DNA of 64,000 bases. Origin: Macrostomum lignano (taxonomy: Eukaryota). The stretch covers positions 398,243 through 462,242 of the forward strand of contig NIVC01000719.1 in assembly GCA_002269645.1 (NCBI GenBank), written 5' to 3'. Under the pieces are notes generated by a model. That model worked only from the letters and a program-made list of their open reading frames with translations, was not told where the DNA came from and did not search any database. The position numbers and the translations under genes are program-made. Position 1 is the first letter of the stretch. Each line of letters starts with the position of its first letter. Shown piece after piece: positions 33,901-64,000 of this stretch.

Positions 33901-36181
33901 CTGGTCTCCTCTTTCTTCTCCGGTCTCCTCTCTCTCCGCTGGTCTCCTCTCTCTCCGCTGGTCTCCCCTCTCTCCGCTGGTCTCCTCTCTCTCCGCTGGT
34001 GTCCTCTTTCTTCTCCGGTCTCCTCTCTCTTCGCTGGTCTCCCCTCTCTCTTCGCTGGTCTCCTCTCTCTCCGCTGGTGTCCTCTTTCTTCTCCGGTCTC
34101 CTCTCTCTTCGCTGGTCTCCCCTCTCTCTCCACTGGTCTCCCCTCTCTCCGCTGGTCTCCCCTCTCTCCGCTGGTCTCCTCTCTCTCCGCTGGCCTCCTC
34201 TCTCTCCGCTGGTCTCCTCTCTCTCCGCTGGCCTCCTCTCTCTCCGCTGGTCTCCCCTCTCTCTTCGCTGGTCTCCTCTCCGCCGGTCTCCTCTCTCTCC
34301 ACTGGTCTCCTCTTTCTCCTTCAGTCTCATCTCTCTCCGCTGGTCTCCCCTCTCTCCGCTGGTCTCCCCTCTCTCCGCTGGTCTCCCCTCTCTCCGCTGG
34401 TCTCCTCTCTCTCCGCTGGTGTCCTCTTTCTTCTCCGGTCTCCTCTCTCTTCGCTGGTCTCCCCTCTCTCTTCGCTGGTCTCCTCTCTCTTCGCTGGTCT
34501 CCCCTCTCTCTTCGCTGGTCTCCTCTCTCTTTCCGCTGGCCTCCTCTCTCTCTTCGCTGGTCTCCTCTGTCTCCGCTGGCCTCCTCTCTCTCCGCCGGTC
34601 TCCTCTCCGCCTGCCTCCTCTTGCCAGTCTCCTCTCTCTCTCCGCCCGTCTCCCCTCTCTTCGTCCTTTGTTGCTGTTTCGGCAATCTATCAGCGCCTGT
34701 ACACGCGACCTTGAATAAAAATCCTGGCTGCGCGCCCTACCAGACGTTTCTCTTTCCCCGAGTATCCTTGTTCCGAGTCTGCATAGTCTTATACTCGTAA
34801 CATAAGCAACTCAACGAATGATTACACCGTTAAATTATTAATTAACTTTTTTTAAGTCTCATCAGCAAAATGCTGTTTTACCGATCTTTTCTCCCATATG
34901 TACTTCATTTGATCTTACTAGGGCAAACAAATTTTTAAGTAGGGCCGTTCTCGCGATTTGTGATGATATCTGAAATTAATCAGCGAGTTTTATGTGCTAG
35001 TTAGACTACTTCTTCAGTTAGCAGTAGCATATGAAGAGTTTTACGCACAAACAGAAACTGTTTTTATTTTTTTCTCGACATTTTGCACTATGAAAATCAT
35101 ATTTTTAAATTTTTTAACGACAGAAAGAAACCAGATGGGTTTGTTGCCACTCATCGGAAAGTAACGCTCTATAGGAACATTTTTGTAGGTTTCAAGCAAA
35201 AAACTACTTACAATAAAAATGCTGCCACATGTTAAACAGTACTTTGTAAGCAGACATGCAGTGGAGGGATGTAGATTCATAGCCTAACTGTACCTCCTAT
35301 TACAAAATCAAGGCCAAAATTCATTCAAAACCAACAATGCAGAGGTATGTACATCATTTATATTGTTTACCTCCCCGATTTAGCATGCTTGTTTGGCTAA
35401 AAGCATAGTGTATCCTATGCAGTAGAAAAAACGAACTTTGGACAAAATTTTGGGTAACCTACTTTGAAGAACTAAAATAGGCTCTTTTTCTAAGTCAAAT
35501 TAGATGAAACTGCACACAAATATAGTATAGTAATTTATCTTTCTAGCAACATAAGTTGTAAGTATTATGCCTCAAAATAGAAGCTACTAGTACAATTAAA
35601 ACTTTAAAACCGGACATCGAATGCACCGTCCAGTTTGAAGATACACGTACATCATTGTCCGGTTTTGGATTAAAAACGGCAATAATTTATTTTTTTCTGA
35701 ACCAAAATACTTAAGTCAAAACTTTTTTTAAAGCTGAGAAAGTTTTCTACAACTTTGTTTTTCTTGGGCTTTTATATCTGCGAAATATAATTCACAAATT
35801 CAGTTTTATTTTTTAAAACATGACTTTCTTGTCCGGTTGATGATGTTTTACCCTACATAGGCCTAACTACTTTTTAATCAAACTTGCAGTTTCTTAGGCC
35901 TATTTATTAATAAAAAGATTAAACACTATAAATACTTCTAAAAATTTATTCCATCTCATTACATTATAAAGATAATTTAACTTTAAGTAGGCCTAAGGAA
36001 GTGCCTGCAGCTTAGGTCCTATGGCTATGGGCGACGGCATATTCCTATATATGTTGCCTAAGGCTAATGTAATGCCACTGATATAAGGGCAGTAGTACTT
36101 TCATAATATATAGGCCTTGTGTCACAGAAAGTGCAACTTACCAGGAAAATGGAATTTATTTTTGCAGCCAGTGCAATCCAT
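631..36181 (-). CDS. RNF17: RING + 2 B-box + coiled-coil + >=4 extended Tudor protein (qin/kumo/RNF17-like piRNA-pathway factor); 3' end lies beyond the left edge
   Basis: Exons joined with GT-AG sites and matching phases (minus strand): 36181-36142, 14240-14101, 13897-13773, 13681-13611, 13513-13407, 12520-12201, 11815-10337, 9486-9200, 8396-7626, 5631-5121, 4713-3965, 3442-2891, 919-631. The total of 5441 nt is one base short of 1814 codons, matching one apparent frameshift near 11688. The RING/B-box/Tudor order matches Drosophila Qin and vertebrate RNF17; orthology is inferred from architecture only. Confidence 0.85.
1145..2815. repeat. 22-bp intronic minisatellite with two variants, AAAAGGACCAGAAAGGA(TAGGG/GCCGG)
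   Basis: Tandem periodicity; explains the spurious 623-aa and 569-aa ORFs. Confidence 0.95.
2891..3442 (-). CDS. RNF17: RNF17-like exon, Tudor 4
   Basis: Encodes VFESDGVWCRGRV...FLLDIDTG; donor is AG|gtcagg. Confidence 0.85.
3450..3940. repeat. ~42-bp intronic minisatellite
   Basis: Unit GGAGGGAATGTACATTATCCGATCTGGGGTGGGCGCTGGTCA. Confidence 0.9.
3965..4713 (-). CDS. RNF17: RNF17-like exon, acidic EAE/EPE linker and lead-in to Tudor 4
   Basis: Phase-0 acceptor ccag|GAC and donor CG|gtaagc; the frame is open throughout. Confidence 0.8.
4728..5020. repeat. 21-bp intronic minisatellite
   Basis: Unit GTGAGATGAGAGTTGGTGACA. Confidence 0.9.
5121..5631 (-). CDS. RNF17: RNF17-like exon, C-terminal flank of Tudor 3
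   Basis: Encodes MPPLAVPCRLYGAIPAGGQRW, a typical extended-Tudor flank; donor is |gtgagt. Confidence 0.85.
5660..7572. repeat. Compound intronic minisatellite: 39-bp array (to ~6345) followed by a related 32-bp array
   Basis: Both arrays share the core GATTGAG(A/G)GTGCTCA...TCTATCTA. Confidence 0.9.
7626..8396 (-). CDS. RNF17: RNF17-like exon, Tudor 3
   Basis: Encodes VTSIVNPGLFYI...WYRCRLL...VLLIDSG|; phase 2 joins to EEYNTPANAIF. Confidence 0.85.
8446..9085. repeat. 31-bp intronic minisatellite
   Basis: Unit GCTGCCCTACCTGTATAATACTGACTGGCAG. Confidence 0.95.
9200..9486 (-). CDS. RNF17: RNF17-like exon, Tudor 2
   Basis: Encodes AARYSVDCNWYRGVIESYSPDGISVLFTDYGN; donor is AA|gtgagt. Confidence 0.9.
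9541..10240. repeat. 15-bp intronic minisatellite
   Basis: Unit CCAGCGGGA(C/A)ACACA. Confidence 0.95.
10337..11815 (-). CDS. RNF17: RNF17-like exon, coiled coil + Tudor 1 + start of Tudor 2 (apparent frameshift near 11688)
   Basis: Contains GDWVLSRFQSASDWCRAIV...VFFPDYGN and SPDEFYV. The frame set by the upstream exon stops at TAG 11683-11685, while the downstream frame is open from 11725. Confidence 0.85.
11897..12140. repeat. 25-bp intronic minisatellite
   Basis: Unit TTCAAGCCGCCACCCACCACCCCAC. Confidence 0.9.
12201..12520 (-). CDS. RNF17: RNF17-like exon, B-box 2 and start of coiled coil
   Basis: Encodes CSSAVSH...FCVTCASLICSACQQSSEHADH; donor is AG|gtaaga. Confidence 0.85.
12588..13343. 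repeat. 38-bp intronic minisatellite
   Basis: Unit GACAGTGAGCTGGGTCAGACAGATTGGCTCACTCTGGA. Confidence 0.95.
13407..13897 (-). CDS. RNF17: RNF17-like small exons 3-5 (13897-13773, 13681-13611, 13513-13407), including B-box 1
   Basis: Splice phases are consistent. The last exon encodes CSACKAVQSSVKCAECNDSLFCHSCFRE, continuing as FHNQLGFSH in the next exon. Confidence 0.8.
14101..14240 (-). CDS. RNF17: RNF17-like exon 2, RING core
   Basis: Translates as ILSRNGARHMRLPMVLTCGHNVCTECV...WTCRVDGCQ, with cag| acceptor and |gtacct donor. Confidence 0.85.
16260..16548. mobile_element. hAT-type MITE, copy 1
   Basis: 14-bp TIR (T/C)ATACATGCGCAAC; 8-bp TSD AATCAGCC at 16252-16259 and 16549-16556. Confidence 0.75.
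17031..17300. mobile_element. hAT-type MITE, diverged copy 2 of the same family
   Basis: Co-linear similarity to 16260-16548; 8-bp TSD AGTTTATT at 17023-17030 and 17301-17308. Confidence 0.7.
18245..19526. mobile_element. hAT-type non-autonomous element
   Basis: Perfect 12-bp TIR CAGTGTTGGGCA; exact 8-bp TSD GCCATAGG; dense GTAAC/GTTAC subterminal repeats at both ends. Confidence 0.85.
18785..19097. mobile_element. GC-rich hAT-like MITE nested inside 18245-19526
   Basis: Ends TAGTGGTGTAGCCAGG and CCTGGCTACG..CACTGA; flanks GTGGACTT and GTGGATTT (7/8 match); internal ~21-bp tandem repeat at 18912-19016. Confidence 0.5.
22540..23408. repeat. 13-bp minisatellite inside the pogo element
   Basis: Unit TGTGCTCATTCTG. 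Confidence 0.95.
23908..28671 (+). CDS. Pogo-type transposase fused to an OTU-like cysteine protease, 1151 aa, 3 exons
   Basis: join(23908-24270, 25150-27100, 27530-28671) = 3456 nt, fully open. Domains: HTH (ADSFGVSRSTLFDRV), CENP-B-type HTH (RGWVDSFLKRHPEL), DDD triad (NCDE, FTDLHESR, QPLD), P/S-rich repeat, OTU (GDCFF...ELHY) and a C-terminal barrel-like segment (GDWALV...FVFPVEED). Intron 1 is CAG|gcaaga (GC-AG); intron 2 is G|gtaaga...acag|AT. Confidence 0.85.
24360..25047. repeat. 21-bp then 11-bp arrays in transposase intron 1
   Basis: Units CCCGCTGCCTGACCCAGTTCT and GGTTCCCCTCC. Confidence 0.95.
26340..27030 (+). repeat. In-frame 21-bp coding minisatellite (SSPPPRD / SSPAPPG)
   Basis: The unit length is divisible by 3 and the transposase ORF stays open across the array. 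Confidence 0.9.
29415..30412. repeat. 19-bp array (29415-29515) and ~20-bp GC-rich array (29600-30412) inside the pogo element
   Basis: Units AGGAGAGGAGACAAGGGGC and AGGGCGCTAAAAAGAGCCGC plus variants. Confidence 0.9.
32500..34660. repeat. CT-rich complex minisatellite inside the pogo element
   Basis: Units like CTCCGCTGGTCTCCTCTCT with higher-order variants. Confidence 0.9.
36142..36181 (-). CDS. RNF17: RNF17-like exon 1, first CxxC of the RING
   Basis: ATG GAT TGC ACT GGC TGC ... CCT G|gtaagt gives MDCTGCKNKFHFPG. The phase-1 donor joins the phase-1 acceptor at 14240 and completes the RING. Confidence 0.8.
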
Positions 36182-36877
36182 TTTGAAACAAGGAACTGTT
36201 TCAAATACCGGTTTTGATTTAGACTCCCTTTCTTGATGAAACAGCACAAATATTGCAATAAAAAATTGACTTTACACCCGTCTTTTTAAAATGAGAATCA
36301 ACGTTTTTTACAAAAAAATTTAATTAGCAGCTGCACGTTAAGTCTTGTTTTTAAACCGCGTGGGCGCGCTCTAGAAGTTTAAATTTTAACAAATGTCTAA
36401 ACTATTGAAAATAATCTTTGTCGTTTCTTCAGCTGGAAAAGCAGCAATAAAAAATAAAATTAACGATAGAAACTAAATCACTCTTCTTAAATTGAAATAA
36501 TAAATTAGGTACTTTCATCTCGTATTAAATTATTATTAAAAAACTGTAAACGATCTTCAGCTTAACTTCTAACTGCTATAGTTTCATACATAGCTATATT
36601 ATATATGTATATACATGCTAATTGATACAATTTCAGTACTATTGCTAATTTTAAGTGAATCAGAATACTAGGTCCTTTAAAAACTCTATTTTACAATTCT
36701 TCTAAGCCGGAAAATCCTATGGTTTTTATCAACCTCTGTATACATTTTACGTCATTAAAAAAGAAAAATTAAATACTTTTGCTGCAACGGTCATGTCGTA
36801 AGCATTTTTCCGAAAGTTTTCAGATCGAGAAAGAGAAGCTTTAAAATTAAAACACCACGAACTTCGTCGTGCGAACG

Positions 36878-36917
36878 TCCCTGCGGTAGAGCCCGAAAGG
36901 GGGCTCTACCGCAGGGA
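36878..36917. other. Perfect 17-bp stem-loop, function unknown
   Basis: TCCCTGCGGTAGAGCCC-GAAAGG-GGGCTCTACCGCAGGGA. Confidence 0.9.
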
Positions 36918-37497
36918 TCTGATTGGGCCATACTGCCAGGGGCATATAGCCCGAGAGGCCACTATTGGGACCAGAGCTCAAGACTCTGGTGAGAACTAAC
37001 TAACTAAAATAAGTAAAAAGGCACCTCAGCCACTGAAAAGGCTCTTACGCCACTAGTAATGAATTAGGTTCCAGGTTGGGAGTGTACTAATGTACACTAG
37101 GTTCCTAAGCTAGGCTAAGAGAAACTGTGGCCAACAAGCCGAGCAGGCGACACCAGTTGGGCTGCTGAGGGCGGGCCCTACCCCCTACCGTCCGGGGCGT
37201 CGCACCTACTCCAAGCTCAAATCAAAACCTCCCCGGGGCTAGAGAGGGTTGAGTGAACCAATCAGGGAAGCCCGTGCCTTCTCCTGGGTTCGCAGGAAAC
37301 ACCATCCGTACACTATAGTCAACTTTATTCTTTATATACTCGTAGATTATAAATTAATAACCTAGCCTAATTCTGATAGGTATTATTATATTTTCAGAAT
37401 ATGAAAAGATATTCTGAAACAGTTTTATATGTGCATGTAGGCAGAGACCAAGACTAAGGGTGCAACTCCCAGTTGAATTGTAAAACAATCGAAATTT

Positions 37498-48138
<10,641 letters not shown>

Positions 48139-49614
48139 GACGTTACGTGTAATTGACGATGCCTAAAAAGTCTGGCCTATTAAAAATAAGTCGATCGCAT
48201 CCAGTGCATTCCGCATGTGTTGTTGGAATTTATAACACGCACCCGCACACAGAACTTCTCCCCTAAATTAGGAGACAGTTTTTTGAAGTTCGCAGTTCGT
48301 ATGTTTATGAAGAATAAAAGCCAACAGCAGAAGTTTGTCAGGTGTACAGAAAAGAGAAGCAGGGCACAGGTGGGCAGCAACTGTGCCATTATTAATTCTC
48401 ATCACAATGTTTGTCTTCTCCTCTCTTATGTTTTCTACTCGTAGACTACACTGAGTAGACTGTCGCCCCACCCCGAAGTTAGTTTATAGCAAATTTGTAC
48501 GAGTACTCAGAGTCTCTTTGCCCCGAGCCAAATAGAAGTCTGCTGTACTGCAGCGAGTGTGCAGTGCAGAAGAATGCAGAGACGAATGCTATATGGGGGT
48601 GGCGTGTTGCTGAGGTTGCCTCGGCTGGTGCAATCTCATGGAATAAAGCAAATTTGAGAAGTTTATTCAAGTTTAGAAAGCGTTACATGTAAATATTTTG
48701 AGCTGATCTAACACAATTGAGAAAGAAGCGAACTTGAAAGATTGGCTGTTATCAGCTTGTAGGTAGTTTTAGGCATCCAGTGTTTTCTTTGGCAGATTTT
48801 AAGGAAGATTTAATGGTAGATTTAAAGGGCAGATTGAAAGGGTAGGTCTATATGTCAGATTTACTTGTATAGATTTAATGACAACTTTAAACGGTAGATT
48901 TAATGGTAGATTCCATTACATTAGCAGATTTCACGGTCAGGTCATCTTGTTGGCAGGTATTATGTATTTTATTTTCTGAATATAACGAACAAAATGTATT
49001 GCATGAGTAGCAAGTTTCATTGTAAAAGAAAGTTCAAGCTCAAACTTTCAGTTCCCATCAAGGCTGTACACTGTGTACACAAATAATCAGGTTGATTGTG
49101 ACGGCAAAGTTTTAATTAAAATAAAATTAATATAAAGCATAGAATTGGAATATTTAAGAACTAATTCTTGTAGAAACTCAAATTGAATTGCAAAAGCAGC
49201 AAAAATAGAGCACGAACATGTTTAAGTTATTGCATGAATTATGTGCATGTAGTAAGTGTCACAAGAACATGTACATGGTGATATGCATAGCAGTAATATT
49301 TGAAAAAAACGCAAAGTTTAATTCTTTTCAATGTTACTCGTAATGTGGAGCTTTTAACTTTTACGGTTGCAAATAAATTTGTTAACATATTGGTGCACTT
49401 TTAAGCTCCTTAACTCAGATCAGGGCAAACGAACAATTGACAAGGCGCCTTTAAAAAGTTATGCACAAAGCTGCATCAGCTGACAATGGAGCTCAATTGA
49501 GTTGGACAATTAATTTTACCTGAATGTTCTCAAGCGTCATCAATATGAGAAACAATAGTGGCTGTTGTTATTCCTGACAAGTTTTTAGCCATTCACTCTT
49601 TAGATTTTGATTGG

Positions 49615-50042
49615 CAGGCTGGAATCTCACCTGGTCTACTCTGACTGTCAGGCTGGAATCTCACCTGGTCTACTCTGATATTCAAGCTGGAATCTCACCC
49701 GGTCTACTCTGATATTCAAGCTGGAATCTCACCCGGTCTACTCTGATATTCAAGCTGGAATCTCACCCGGTCTACTCTGATATTCAAGCTGGAATCTCAC
49801 CTGGTCTACTCTGATATTCAAGCAGGAATCTCACCTGGTCTACTCTGATATTCAGGCATGAATCTCACCTAGTCTACTCTGATATTCAAGCTGGAATCTC
49901 ACCCGGTCTACTCTGACTGTCAGGGTGGAATCTCACCCGGTCTACTCATATATTCAAGCAGGAATCTCACCCGGTCTACTCTGATATTCAAGCTGGAATC
50001 TCACCCGGTCTACTCTGATATTCAAGCAGGAATCTCACCCAG
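49615..50042. repeat. 34-bp array directly downstream of the channel stop codon
   Basis: Unit GCTGGAATCTCACC(C/T)GGTCTACTCTGATATTCAA. Confidence 0.9.
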
Positions 50043-50048
50043 CAGCAG

Positions 50049-60637
<10,589 letters not shown>

Positions 60638-60769
60638 CTTGAAGCATATCAGTACCGAATTTTTAGTGCTGTGGTTCCGAAATAAATGTTTAAATTGTTG
60701 AAAGGAGTAACTTAGCCCCCAAACAAAGCATCAAATAAAATGTTGAATCTGTGAAAATGGGTGTTTACT

Positions 60770-61620
60770 AAAATGAGCGTTTAAACTCTAAAAAGAGTGT
60801 TTAAACTCTGAAATGAGTATTTAAACTCTAAAATGAGTGTTTAAGCTTGAATGAGTGTTTAAACTCTGAAATGAGTGTTTAAACTCTGAAATGACTGTTT
60901 AAACTCTGAAATGAGTGTTTAAACTCTGAGATGAGTGTTTAAGCTCTGAAATGAGTATTTTAGCTCTAAAATGAGTTTAAACTCTAAAATGAGTTTAAAC
61001 TCTGAAATGAGGTTTAAACTCAAAAATGAGTGTTTAAGCTCTAAAATGAGTGTTTAAGTTCTAAAATGAGTGTTTAAACTCTAAAAAGAGCGTTTAAACT
61101 CTAAAATGAGTGTTTAAGCTCTAAAATGAGTATTTAAGCTCTAAAATGAGTGTTTAAACTCTGAAATGAGTGTTTAAACTCTGAAATGAGCGTTTAAACT
61201 CTGAGATGAGTTTTTCAACTCTAAAATGAGTGTTTAAACTCTGAAATGAGTGTTTAAACTCTGAAATGAGTGGTTTAAACTCTGAAAGACTGTTTAAACT
61301 CTGAAATGACTGTTTAAGCTCTGAAATGAGTATTTTAGCTCTAAAAATGAGGTTTAAACTCTGAAATGAGTGTTTAAACTCAAAAATGAGTTTTTAAGCT
61401 CTAAAATGAGTATTTAAGCTCTAAATGAGTGTTTAAACTCTGAAATGAGTGTTTAAACTCTGAAATGAGCGTTTAAACTCTGAGATGAGTTTTTCAACTC
61501 TAAAATGAGTGTTTAAACTCTGAAATGAGTGTTTAAACTCTGAAATGGGGTTTAAACTCCAAAATGAGTATTTAAACTCTAAAAGTGTTTAAGCTCTGAA
61601 ATGAGTGTTTAATTTCAAGA
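60770..61620. repeat. 20-bp AT-rich minisatellite
   Basis: Unit TTTAAACTCTGAAATGAGTG. Confidence 0.9.
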
Positions 61621-61733
61621 GGAGTGTTTAAGCTCCAAAAATGGGGGCCAACCCTCCATGGCCAGCGCTTGCCTTATAAAGAGGTGACAAAAACTAACAA
61701 TAGCTACAAGTGGCCAAAGTCGAGAGCAATTAC

Positions 61734-61924
61734 CTGGTGGTTCAAGCTGCCTGCCCAGTCCATCTGTTCAGTGGCCGGTGATTGTACTGTTTCGGGTCCA
61801 GCAGCGCTCCAACGATCTCTTCCTATCAATTGAATTGTTAACCGCGCAGGTCGCCTCGACAACAAGCAGCAATGATAAGCGCCTTGCAAAATGAGCAACA
61901 CCAGCAGCGACGCATAGTTGACAT
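61734..61924 (-). CDS. Probable 5' exon of the Cys-loop channel (signal peptide and N-terminal helix), frame-disrupted
   Basis: Fragments ASLLVLLILQ, LLLVVEATCAVNNSIDR and EEIVGALLDPKQYNHRP lie in different frames; phase-0 donor CAG|gtaatt at 61734. Confidence 0.4.
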
Positions 61925-62504
61925 GCGAATAATTTTCGCTCCGCTGCTGACTCGTTGGAGAGACAATATCGATTGAAGGGAATCCTACTGTGCGTGCTCT
62001 GGGAATATAAGTATAAGAGGCTCCGGTCAGCCTTGTACAAGAGACAATGAAGTGCAGTGCCGCTTATGCTTTCAACCATTCAGATTTCTAATGAACTTGT
62101 TTAAGCAGACTGTCTTGGTGGCCTCGTGTGGTCCAATCGGTTCACAGAGGTTGCTTAATAAACACATGGAATGCCCCCCGGACTTAGCAATAGGAAGGAA
62201 TGCTGACTGTTCATTGAGAGCGCAACCCGGGCTTCCCAGTTTTCCCTCCTATAGACTGATATACAGTGGCTCCTTTCAAGGCGACCCAGAACTAGAACTT
62301 GGACTAGCAGGTCTTCAGACAATTTTAGGCTGAAAGTTTTCGACAAGTATTGACACTTTTAGTGATCAGGACTAGATATCTACGCCCCGTAGGCAGGGAA
62401 CAAACAAAGATATAATAATTTTTTTAAAATAAACCACGTAGCTTTTGACCCCCTTAAGACTTGATATTTCAGCAATTCCCACAGTAAGTCTTGACATCTT
62501 GATG

Positions 62505-62965
62505 GAGTTTCGAGCTTGTGATGGAGTTTCGAGCTTGTGGTGGAGTTTCGAGCTTGTGATGAAGTTTCGAGCTTGTGATGGAGTTTCGAGCTTGTGATGA
62601 AGTTCGAGCTTGTGATGAAGTTTCGAGCTTGTGGTGGAGTTTCGAGCTGTGATGAGTTTCGAGCTTGTGATGAAGTTTCGAGCTTGTGATGAAGTTTCGA
62701 GCTTGTGATGAGTTTCGAGCTTGTGATGAAGTTTCGAGCTTGTGATGAAGTTTCGAGCTTGTGATGAAGTTTCAAGCTTGTGATGGATTTCGAGCTTGTG
62801 ATGAAAGTTTCGAGGCTTGTGATGAAGTTTCAAGCTTGTGATGAAGTTTCGAGCTTGTAAATCGTGATGGAAGTTTCGAGCTTGTAAATCGTGATGAAGT
62901 TTCGAGCTTGTGAATCGTGCAGTGAAGTTTCGAGCTTGTGAATCGTGATAAAGTTTCGAGCTTGT
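62505..62965. repeat. 19-bp minisatellite
   Basis: Unit GTTTCGAGCTTGTGATGAA. Confidence 0.9.
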
Positions 62966-63306
62966 GAAGTCCCTCTCGGCTGAAGCGAAAAACCGCAATC
63001 AGCCTACAGTTGTCTAAAATCGATGTGATAGGTAAGAGCTGGTAACTCCAAGTCTGGTTCCTATATGGATGGGAAAAGAACCCGGTCTGACAGCTGTAAC
63101 TAGCTATATGGGATTGCTTTGGAGGGATGTTACGCCATGGAATGCTAAAATCTGCCATCTGGATTGTAACACAGCGTAAGATAAACTAGTAGGACAAATG
63201 ATCATTTTTATTAAAAAATGTTAATACTAATTATTAATGATTAATTGATAATTAATCATCTCTATATTAAAAAAATTCTAACGTATCTTCATGAGTGTTT
63301 GATGTT

Positions 63307-63593
63307 TTAGCTTCTGTGTCTGGTATTCTTCTCTAAACAAACCGAGTTACGAGCTAAAGAACTCTCGGTTTGGGGAGAGCTGGCCTTGAAAACGGGACAG
63401 TCCACAGTCGGGCGGATAGGGTGCGGAGAAGCACGTGACGATCCATTGAATCGGGTTTGTGGCTCTGTGCCATCTGGCCCAGCAATTGTGTTTGCCAGCA
63501 TTGTCTGGCTCTGCAGTTGCCGAGACCGCAACTTTATTGTCACGGTCTGTCTTGTGACTGTTCCCGGCCCTCTACTCTCAGAACCATAACTTA
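63307..63593 (-). CDS. Possible terminal exon of an upstream gene
   Basis: A cag| acceptor, about 95 open codons to TAA, then an AT-rich tail with AATAAA near 63210. No recognisable domain. Confidence 0.3.
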
Positions 63594-64000
63594 CTGTGGT
63601 ACCCTATGACCCCTGACAGTCTGACACTACTGACACTGCAGTAGCTCCCTGACACTACTGACACTGCAGCTATCGATACTAACTCTCCTGACACTACTAC
63701 TAACTGCAGTAACTCCTGACATTACTGACACTTATGTAGCCTCCCTGACACTAACTGACACTTTAGAAACTTTCCTGACACCGGCACTTCATTATTGTGC
63801 CAATTGTGGATTTCCAACGAAGCAGTCGCATATAATGGAAAATTTGCCTGACTGTGGCTCTTATGTTTTAATTAATTGTTTTAATTTTAGCTAAGATAGA
63901 TCATAACAAATTTAATAAACAGCAAACTAAAAACACTTTAGAAACAGTTCTTTTTTAGAAAAAATACGCGAAACAAGCCTATTATTAAGTAGTGTGTCGC

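Larger units (their letters stand above)
19693..35853 (+). mobile_element. Large pogo-like (IS630/Tc1/mariner, DDE_1) DNA transposon, 16161 bp
   Basis: Perfect 25-bp TIR GGGTAAAACATCATCAACCGGACAA at 19693-19717 and inverted at 35829-35853, with TA on both flanks. Subterminal (C/A)AACCGGAC copies near 19727, 20084, 20139, 20156, 35606 and 35655. It encloses an intact transposase gene and lies wholly within one host intron. Confidence 0.75.

Noticed and set aside
36878-37000. Hammerhead, HDV-like or twister ribozyme
   Set aside because: Core residues (CUGANGA/GAAA, HDV P1.1 and catalytic C, twister pseudoknots) could not be placed on either strand. Kept only as an unexplained hairpin.

Overview
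Eukaryotic genomic DNA. GC-rich, Ala-rich exons with minisatellite-filled introns resemble a free-living flatworm such as Macrostomum; this is inference, not proven. I reconstructed three co-oriented minus-strand host genes by following splice phases. (1) A RING/B-box/B-box/coiled-coil/multi-Tudor gene of the qin/RNF17 type: ATG at 36181, 13 exons in the window, running off the left edge. (2) An ankyrin-repeat plus Mab-21/cGAS-like (cGLR) gene at 48138-37498, whose catalytic DxD motif reads NxN. (3) An anion-type Cys-loop channel at about 61.9-50.0 kb. The 21.9-kb first intron of the Tudor gene holds several hAT-type non-autonomous elements with 8-bp TSDs, three of them apparently nested. The same intron holds the main discovery: a 16.2-kb segment (19693-35853) bounded by perfect 25-bp TIRs and TA target duplications. 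It encodes an intact, spliced 1151-aa pogo-type DDD transposase fused to an OTU cysteine-protease domain. An intact Mag-like Ty3/gypsy element with apparently identical 202-bp LTRs sits in a (TAAC)n microsatellite in intron 1 of the cGLR gene. All three host genes show single-base frameshifts at homopolymers, which may be assembly error or gene decay. Most long ORFs in the supplied track are read-throughs of tandem repeats.
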